A stretch of 64,000 nt of DNA from Klebsormidium nitens (lineage: Eukaryota > Plantae > Klebsormidiophyceae), in NCBI GenBank assembly GCA_000708835.1, contig DF236957.1, positions 248,001-312,000 of the forward strand, read 5' to 3'. Under the pieces are notes generated by a model that did no database searches, was not told the origin of the DNA, and worked only from the letters and a program-made list of their open reading frames with translations. The translations under genes and the position numbers were made by a program. Shown here one piece after another: positions 26,351 through 35,860 of the stretch (positions within the stretch are counted from its first letter, which is position 1; each line of letters begins with the position of its first letter).

Positions 26351-27937
26351 GCCTCCAACTCAGGGGCAACAAATGACTCGTTACAGCAAAAACCGTCACA
26401 TGGGCTTTTGGCAGACTGTTGCATTGCATCGAAGCCAGCTAGTTACTCGTGGTTGTGAGGGCGCTTGCGAAACGAGCGTACCGTCAGCTCGTCGGCCCTG
26501 ATTGAAACTTGCGACTGTGCGGACGTCTTTTCCAACTTTTCACAAACCCGTTCAGTCCTTTCTTTTGTTCGTCGGTTACCTACAAAGGAGGCCTTTAAGG
26601 CACCAGTTCTATAGCCGGCCGCAGATTTATTACCAATTTCTCTTCGGGCCCTCTTCCCGTCTTGTGATGCAGTCGTGGTGAGCACATGATATACGTTGTG
26701 CCAGACGGTGTCCCCCGGGCGGGGTTGGCTTGGTGGTTAGGGTGGGTTCAATGGGGTGCGTAGCGCGTAGGTTTTTAGGTTAGGGTTTTTCGTTTGGTTG
26801 CTCGGGGTCTACTAATCTTAGGGCACAATGCTGCAAGGGCACACGAGAGTTGCCATTATTTTGCCACGGCGGAGTCCTAAGCCGATCTCAGCTTGGGCTC
26901 AATCAGGACGAAAAATATTGCGGCATTTTTAAAACGGATCCTTCTGTTGGTGATGATGATTGGATCCCCGGGCTAGTGGCTCAGGTCTGGTACGGTGTAA
27001 CTATTTTACGGAACCAACGCCCGTGAAACCCCGTTCTTAAGTCTTGAATCAAGCACAATGAACACACTCGGTTTTACCTGAAAAGGCTCTCGACTTCTTT
27101 CTCGCTTACTTCTCAGTGGAGGCTTTAAATTAAGTGGCTTCTGGCATACTTGCAAAAGGGTTGCTGCTTCGAGAGCACTCCAATGGTTGGAGACAGATGC
27201 CGCGTGTTTTAGTCCATGTGAAGCGGTCACGCTACGCGCCAAGAAGATCATGATTGAGTTGCAGACTGTATCAATTGAGGACTGGGCACTGCCCTCGTGA
27301 TCACAGGAAGTTGGTTTAAAGGAGGCTTAAGGAGAAAGCTTATATCAATCTTCTCACTCAACGCCTGTGATTTGCGTTTTTTCCAATACTACCTGGCCGA
27401 TAGCATCGTTGGAAGACTCTTGTCTTGGTGATGACGGATGTATCTTTGATCGAGCAAGTGGTTCAAGCCTTGATGTAAATGGTTTTGTTACGGAACCAAA
27501 GGCGCGAGACCCGCAGTCATATGTGACTAACAGTAATAGACAATATTATGATACGCATATTGGCTTCCTTCTTTTTTTCCCTTCATTAGAGTGCCCAAAC
27601 AATGTATAAAATCCGTTATTCCTATCGATTGACAACTTGTGTACGCCATCTGTTACAGTCAAGACTACCTTGAATGTGCCCTCACCCATTACTCATACTT
27701 CACAGTTCGTGCAGAATACTGCGACCGGGCCAGGATGCAATCGGTTCTGGACGGGGGCTTAGACACAAATGAGCAGCGCAACGTCATCAGAAGCCCCTCC
27801 GAGACTGCTTTCCATTCCCGGGCTTTCCTCCCGGCTACTCGCGGATTAGTCGAAGTGCAAAACTTTCTGAGCACTTTCAAACGCAGAAGCATGTGACGGA
27901 TGTGAATTTGTGTCGCTCCGCGAGGATGACGCTCGCT

Positions 27938-28015
27938 GGCGGCTATGAAGAGCTTTCTTGACGCGAGCAAGCTCTTGCTCAGGATGGGGTTTTCCACTGT
28001 GACTCAGACGCTGCT
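27938..28015 (+). ncRNA. Array element, subfamily G (paralogs 29751, 31382, 34891; related 20370, 25672)
   Basis: GGCGGC-TATGAAGAGC ... GAGCAAG-ct-CTTGCTC ... CAGA-C-GCTGCT. Confidence 0.45.
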
Positions 28016-31000
28016 CAATGTTGGTTGTGTACTCGTCCCGCAAATAGCGCTTTTGCGGGCAGTTCTTCGTGGGCATTCTCGTGGACATTACGGAAGAAAG
28101 CCGTTGTGCAACTGTAAGGTCAAGCCGCCAAAGTGTGAATGGGGGCTCAAATTTGTTCGGGAGTAACAAAACTCTTGGAGGGAAGTCCTGCTCAACATCT
28201 TGGACGCGTCTCTAGGAGCCAAAGCAACGGACACGCCACCCGTTAGCCGAATCCCAAGCTCCGTCTGATCCGTCACTCGGTGCCAAGCTCATTGAAGTGA
28301 AAGTCAAACTTCCTGCCCAAAAGCTTAGAAACCAGTTCGAGAAGAAAAGTGAAGATGACAATCTTATGTTTGCCGTGCGTGTCTTTATCATTCTAGTATC
28401 TTCAAGCTTAGATACGCCGCGAGCTGGAACCGCCACAAAATTGGTAATCGCACAGAAAGGCTTGGCTGCTAACCAGGTTCGAGAACCAAACTTCAGTCTG
28501 GCACTTTGACCAATAACCGCGTTATAGCCATGTTTAAAACCTGGTAACTGCTCGAGTCTGGTCCTTGGACAGTCACGGTTAACCAGATTCGAAACAGCCC
28601 GTAACCGAATGTGGTTAACCGCCAAAAACTCCTGTGATATCGAGAGTTTATGATGAGCATGGTGTTTGAGCACGTCGTTCAGATGGGCACCGCTCATATA
28701 TCTTTTCTCGAATAAACACATGGTTATAAATACAAGAGTTCCATGCTTTCTGTTCTGCTGCTTAGTGGCGGCTATGAAGACTCTGAATGTTGGGCGAATG
28801 AACAAGGCATCTTGAAAAGCGCCCATCTGGTCCATGCAGAGACTTGACGCCTTTTGACTGGGCTTCCCAGGATTGAACGCTAAATTCGTTGCTTACCAAT
28901 CTAGAATCTGCAAGACCTACGCGCCTGAAAGAATGTGAAAAGAGACTGCTCCCGGCGGTAGTCTTTTTCAAAAGCCTTTCCATGATGTTCTTCGTTTTCA
29001 CCGACAGACTAATGAAACGCTACTCGGCGGCTATGATGCGACTCATCTTATCGCTTCCGACCCCATGCCACGTGACCTTGTAGGATTAGACTCTCCAACT
29101 CATTTTCATTTTATTCCTTAAAGTCCGTATAGCCCGTAGCTACTTGGAAGGAGCTACTTGGAAGGAGTTTCCGTACTAAGAGCCTTCATCAAGCCAACAT
29201 GCTGTCGTCGACGAACTCTGGATAATTACTCCATTGGCCAGGTAATAATCAGTAGTCTGCCTTGATTCTCTCCAGACCATCCAGTTGCAACCATCTGCTA
29301 CTTGTCCGAATCTTCCTCTGATTCCTCGTCCCAGAGGTCCTCGAGAGTTGAGCACACGCCAGATTGGAAAATACGGCATGAAAATATTCAGCCAAACTGC
29401 CCAAAGACAAAGACGGCTGAAAGTCTGCCAAGGAGCTGTTGTTGGAATCCACCCCTTCAACAGGTGCGAGTCTCCTGGCTTTAAGGTCAGGTAGACAAGT
29501 ACGTATAGCCGCCGGCTGGGATGAGTCTAATTGTCCGCGGCGCTAGTTCGATTGAAAGCCGGGCTCCCGAGAGTATTCAGAAGCCGTTTTTCGAACGTTT
29601 CCGAGTATAAGTGATATTTGCCGAGCAGCACACCGGATTTCTGATCGGTCGTTCGTCGGTGTGAATTCCGCGTACTGGAGCACTTCCGCAAGCAGAAAGT
29701 CGTAGGAAATGCGTGTTTATCTCCGTTGCTCGGCCTAGATTGCGCTCGCAAGCGGCTGTGAAGAGCTCTCCTACATGAGCAGCCCCTTGCTCAGCGAACT
29801 CTTCAGGATTCTATGACGCTGCACGCTGATCAACATTGTGTAGGACTGGTACTGACGCAATTGAGGCTTTGATGGCAATCAGCACTTCGCGGACTCTCAC
29901 ATGGATGTTACCGAAGGAAGCGGTTGAGGTGCAAGTAATAGGCCCCAGAAGTGTAAGCACACCGCGTCAGAGCCCATTCTCCAGAAACGAAACGTCTTTC
30001 TTTCTTCTCTACTAGCCAGCTTACTCTGCGAGTGCTTAATCGTGGCGTAGTTTTCCAGGAGGCGCTCAGCAGAGATTCCCGCTGCGAATCCCAAAATAAC
30101 ATTGTGTATATCTTACTAGTGTTGCGTCCAGAAAGGTACGTACCGATGTTGCCGAGCCGCTTACGGATGACAATCTTGATGAATCAACGGAGGGTATGAT
30201 TTGCTCGCCGGAAACTTTAGGAACCAGGTCCATGAAGACAAGCGGAGATGGTACTGGATTCAAGCATCTGATGTCTGTCGAATTGTCTTCACTTTCTCAG
30301 TGCCTTGGATTCTAGAGCTCTCCGAAAGGCTCGCAATTCTCGTAGTCGAGCGGTTAGGATGAGCCGGGTGTCTTGAAACGGCAGTCTCTCTGATAGGCAC
30401 TGCTTACAAGCCTTATCTCAGATGAGCACGTGGCTCACGAATAAGCCGAATCCCCATGCTTTCCCATTTGCTGCTTGTTGCCGGCTATGGCGGTTGTGGA
30501 TGTTGGGCCAGATATACAAAAGTGCCCAGCTTCGCCCCACGAAAACGGACGCCTTCTGACTGGGTTAATCTCAGTAATGAACGTCAAAGCTCTTGTTTAC
30601 TTTTAATCTCACGAGACTTATGCGTCTAAAGAGCTCTAAATGAAAGCGCTTTCGGCGGCCCAGTGAGAAGCCTTCACAAGGTTTCCTTTTGTTCAATGAC
30701 GCGATGCTGCGTGAGTTGGCGCCATGATGCATCCTTGGCAAGATTCTCGCTTCCGATTCCGACCAATATTGCTTGCAAAGCAGATCCTTCGCTTCAAAAT
30801 TTTTCAATTTGTCAAATTCAGGCATCCGGTTGTTTCGAATCAGCGCCCGAGCCTCTGAAGCTCTAGGCAAACCTGTTGCCCTCGCAATAATTCAGCGTTA
30901 AGCCCGGCTGCCCACTTCATTGCAAGCAGTCGGCCGTACTGTTCTGCAGAATTTTTTGCGCCGGGTACACATATCCACATTCGGCTCTGAGTTCCGAGGC

Positions 31001-32189
31001 GAGCACATGTTGATTGTAACTACGCCATTGCGAACGGTATCAAAACGTGATCAAGCTGCCCGACGACGAATTGGCTGAAGTCCGGAAGCTTTGTTTATTG
31101 AAAGCAGTTTTCTCCTAAAACGCTTATATATAATGAGGGCCAAACATCGACTGACTTGGGCGACCCTCGGGACACTGAGAACTGAGGGACGAGTTGGTCC
31201 AAAAGAAGGTCATCGGAAACGGTTTCCTGAGAATAACAAGTGGTAGCTGTAGGCAGTCTCCGAATATTCGATGGTCCTCGTCAGCGGCTTTAGTGCCTAA
31301 TATCTGAGCACTTACGAACGCCGACTAAAGCCAGATACGCCGCTTTTATCTTTACCGTCGCCGGGCTTACATAGGACTTACCAGCGGCTATGAAAAGCTC
31401 CGCTTTCAAATACGAGCATTCGTTGGCTCAATACATGGTGTCTCGGAGCGATGAAGCTGCTGATCCACGCCTTGTAGGACTCGTTATGTTTTCGGACTTT
31501 CCTTGCACTTCGTGCGTCGCAGACCCTCACATGGACGTTCATTTCCGAAAGAAGCCAAAAATTGGCAGTTGTACGTTTGAGCCGACACTGGCACGCGTTC
31601 CACACAAATGCTCTGGCTCAAATGTCATGTCTTTCTCCTTATACCTTCTAAGAATCCCGCTACTCTGCGACTGCTTATCCTCGGCTTTTCTTTCCAAATC
31701 GTCAGGCATTGACCGCGGTTTAAGATTCTCGCAGCTTTTTGTAGCACCCTCGTGGCGTTCTTCGATTTCGCCAGCGCAGCTGGTTTCCGAGAAAAGCTTC
31801 GTGCTCTTATCATGGTCAAGAACTGATTAGATTGTTACTTACCGTGACGGCGAGCGCTTGTGACCCAACAGATCCTTGGTCCTGTCAGTAACAATTTACG
31901 GCCTACACGACCCCCTGCTATCCCAACTATTCGAAGCTGCTTATTCTCGTACATCACTCGATGGATTCATAGGGGGTTCCCCTGCTTCAACACCCATGAT
32001 TTCTTGTCTTTCAGGATATAGGCAATGACGCGCGGGATTTTGGGCATGAGCAGACACACGAAACGCTCATTTTCATCTCGTAGATGACCGCACGTACCAA
32101 GAAGGAGCCGCTTACGAACGACAATCTCGCAAAACTGAGGGTGTCCGCACTGAGCGCATACGGGCGTCGACCAGCGTATCGTGTTGATC

Positions 32190-32300
32190 GCCAACAGACC
32201 TGCCGCCGGCCGCGCGGCCCGCCGCCCGCTTGGGGAGTGTGCGCGGCCGCGACTCGTGCGGCGCAGGAGACTGGCCTAGCGGGCCGCCAGCTGGGTGCCT
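32190..32300. repeat. GC-rich multi-hairpin block (copy 4)
   Basis: Follows E element 32019-32112. Confidence 0.5.
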
Positions 32301-33912
32301 TTGACTTCTATATAGAAGACACGGTGTGCATTCGGGCTGACGACAGGTTATAATTCTGTCGTCGAAGATTCCATCGACTACGTGTAAGCGCTCACAAAAC
32401 AAGTTCCGGCCGTTACCGTCCTTTAGGTCGGTCCTCACGTTCTGACTATATTGCCGCTTGCCGCGGTGCCATGACTCCTGACTTGAAGAGTCAATTGTCC
32501 GCTTAATCGTCAAATCATTCTTCACGAAGACGTTAAGACTAGTACTAGAAAATACTTTGTCAGCCCCCGAGCTAATTTTCCCCCAGTTTCAAGCCCTGCA
32601 GTCAAATCGTAGCTCAGTCGCGAACGCACATGACCCGAGCGAGGGCCAGCGAAGAGGTCCCGCTTTTCGACCGTTGCGACCTTTGAGCCGATTGCAGCGT
32701 CTTTCCGGGCTGCTGAAGAGTCCGCCGGCGGAAGTGCTTTTACGGAGCGGGAATTACAGCGCCCGGCGCGCGCGTAGGAAGCACGGACGCGCGCTCGGAT
32801 TGCCAGTGCGTTATGACCAAAACCGCCTGTGCGACTCTGAGGAACATGGCGCTTCGGGAGATCAAAAGTAAAAGTCTTCCACTGATATTCGTACGAACAT
32901 AAAGGTCTGCTTTTCTGGAAAAAATCCAACTGCAGGCACGGGGCGAAGAGGGAAAGTAGCGGCCGTGACGAAAAATAGTCCTGACGAGCAACCGTCTCCT
33001 CATGGAAGACGCCCCCTCCTTTTTCAACCAATGCCATATGCCCTTTCTATTGCCTCTGTGCCGCTAATTGTTTGCCGTTCACGTTTAAGCGTACAAAAAT
33101 CGAAGGACTGTACGAAGAAACGCGCAAAAGTCGAGACTACAATAGAGCTTGGTCAATGTCTAGTGCAGAAATCTGGCGTTCGTTTGACACACTGTTTCTG
33201 GGCTGACCGGCCTAGTTCTCTAACCTTTCTGGCTGTTGGAAGCTTCATCTTTGATAGGACTCGATTTTCAGCGCAGTACGTGCCGAATCTTCACTTCCCG
33301 GCTCGTTCGGGTACCCTTCACTCAGATGCACGCTCCCCTCTGCCTTGCAAAATAAAACTGAGGAGTCGAAAAACACGGAGCGGTGTGGGAAGCCCTGTAA
33401 TTGAATGTTCACATTCAACTTGAGCAGCAATATAGTTAAGTGACGTCTCGCTCGATAGCCCTTGTCTGCCCTCTCCACCATATTTGCTCTAAACAACAAG
33501 TCGAGGCCAGCCGACTACGTTCGAAGAGACCATTACGATAGAAAAGGGGCTTACGAAAGTAGAGTCCAGCATCTGACGTCCGCCCAACGTGTCATAATAT
33601 CTGACCTCGGATCTTATCCTTGTTCCAAGCTGGACCGACTCATAAAAATACTAATGTTTGGGGGGATGGCTTTATACTGGAAGAAAACCAGCGTGCTCTT
33701 GCTATCACCCTTTATTTGCGTACGTAATAGCATCTTCAAAGAGCCTTGCTCTTTCGATAACGTACATATTCTTGGCCGGCAAGTAGCTCAGGTCTCATCT
33801 GGAGAAGCGTCACGGAACGTACGCCGCGAGACCCGCCGTGAGGTTGATTCTTACACAACCATAACATGCTTCACGGAAAGGCTCTCGCCTTCTTTCTCGT
33901 CTCCTTGTCAGT

Positions 33913-34001
33913 GGCGGCCTTGAAGAATGTCGCTTTTGGGCACACTCCCAGGGTATTATTGCCCAGATGTGTTTGTTTATTGTCTGGAATCAGATGCCGC
34001 T
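33913..34001 (+). ncRNA. Array element, subfamily F (paralogs 22239, 24648, 27118)
   Basis: GGCGGC-CTTGAAGA ... TGGGCA-loop-TGCCCA (compensatory G-C variant of the hairpin) ... CAGA-T-GCCGCT. Confidence 0.45.
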
Positions 34002-34665
34002 TTCCGGACTTGGGTCATTTGACGAGGTCATGCTATGCGCCCAAAACCTGGATGAGCTGCAAGTTTCAAAACTTTGCGCATATGAGAGAAGCACAAAGAG
34101 TTACTGCAGCTGGCTTGCTGATAAGTAGGATGCCTTCCGGAGTGAGCAAAGCGACGCAGCACCACTTGGCGGCCATAAGGCTCATCATGCAGCATCTAAT
34201 CGAGATCCCGTTTTCCTCTCGGTTCTATAATCAGCGACCACAATGTCTTGAGTCAGATAATTACTGCACAAATATGCTTGGGGCTGTTTGTAAGGCGCTG
34301 GAGCCAGACAGTCCGGTAAGTTATTCATAAATGATGGTCTACCTCAGTCTTTGTCAACCAAAAGGCGGGCTACTGTGCACAATACTTCAACCGTTAGCAA
34401 ATCTTCCGGGTTTGCTTGATGTAAGTTTGTTGGCACTGGTTTTCAATCGGGGCACTTGCCGAACAGCGTTGCTAGAAGCATGCCAACCTGTCACTAAGTC
34501 ATTTGGAACTGCGAAGCTTTGACTCCTGTTTAAGTTTTTCAAGTTTGATTGATGCTACTCTTCATTACTTTCAAAGGGCTGTAAATTATCTCAAACCCTG
34601 GTGGTGATTTTCGTCTTCCGGGATGGGCCGACCGACTCGAAGTACTGTCTCTGATAGCGCTCACC

Positions 34666-34732
34666 GGGCTAGGATGCAATTCGGTTCTGGGCGATAAGGA
34701 TAACCCAGCAGGGAACGTCATATGAGAAGCCC
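34666..34732 (+). ncRNA. Array element, subfamily D (paralogs 20130, 25443, 27727)
   Basis: GGGCT-AGGATGC ... CTGGG-loop-CCCAG ... GAGA-AGCCC. The terminal stem has covaried to GGGCT/AGCCC. Confidence 0.4.
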
Positions 34733-35522
34733 CTCCATGTATACTCCCGACTGCCGGGCAGCCTCTTGGATCCTCGTACTGGTCGTCGGTGCAGTTCAAT
34801 ACTCGTATAAGTCCTCCCGGATGCGGGAGGGCCTGTCTGCCGCGCGCGCTTGTAGACATTGCCATTCCTAGGCTTGGAATACACTCGCTTAGCGGCTGTC
34901 AGGAGCTTTTGACACATGAGCAAGCTTTTGCTTACTGAATTTGGGTTCTCTTGGCCCCATGACGCTGCTCAACATTGCCCAGTACTAGCCGAGCGAACTT
35001 GACTTCGAGGTCGCGCATTTGCGCACGAAGTGACGGATGGAAGCCAATCTTTAGAACGGTATGTTCATGCCGCCAGAGTGCATGGCCCGTCAAAATAGTG
35101 CAGTCTCAGAAGAGGGGATTTTCTCCGCTTGTTCGCGCCACCTTTTATGTCACCATCGCAACTCTTTCAGGTTTCTAACCAGCGCAGCTGGGCAGCGCAG
35201 CTGGTTGCAAATAAGCGGATGAGGCTAATGTTTGTACTTGCCATATTTGCAAACGTCTTTCTTGAAGGGAATCGCTCCTAAACATTCATGTTTTCATTGC
35301 CCCCTTCGATTCCAATATGCTTTCGACGACTCCCGATGAATCCGATCACTAGCAGAAGAGGCTTGCGGTATCGATGCCTTCGATTCCCAGAACCACTCAT
35401 CAACACATGTACAGGGCTTGAGATGATATTCCCAGAGATGCGTGAGCCGATTTCAGAAGTCACCAATCATGACACATTTCAGATTGACAGACACGATATG
35501 TCTTCGTCTTTCAAATTAAGAT

Positions 35523-35611
35523 AGCGGCGATGACGCAAGATGACTCTGGCATGAGCAAAAATGTTTGACGCGCACAAGGGCAGAACGAACGTACCAACGA
35601 AAAGAGCCGCT
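35523..35611 (+). ncRNA. Array element, subfamily E (paralogs 18990, 21502, 26015, 32019)
   Basis: AGCGGC-GATGACG ... GGCATGAGC ... AAGA-GCCGCT, followed by a GC-rich block. Confidence 0.4.
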
Positions 35612-35634
35612 TACAGATCGCAATTCGGCAAAAG

Positions 35635-35860
35635 GCGGGCCGCCGTCATGAGCGCACGCGCCCGCGGCCGCGTACGGTGCCGCAACCACCTCCGTACCGC
35701 GGGCCCGCGGCCGAGAGTTCGAGGCCGCGCCGCGTACGCTGCCGGTAATGATGAGTGGGCCAAACCCGCGCGCCGGCCCGCGGCCGGGGATTCGCGACAG
35801 CGAGGAAGGCGACGGCTGCGGTTAAAAGACACGTGCGGAGCCGGCTCAGCGAGCCGCATG
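35635..35860. repeat. GC-rich multi-hairpin block (copy 5)
   Basis: Follows E element 35523-35611. Local hairpins CCGCGTACGG/CCGTACCGCGG and CGCGGCC/GGCCGCG. Confidence 0.55.

Noticed and set aside
28767-28853. Recurrent 'SGGYED/GYEEL' translation resembling the SRA/YDG domain motif
   Set aside because: It is the translated GCGGCTATGAAGA module start; there is no downstream YTGxGG and the frames are closed by stops.
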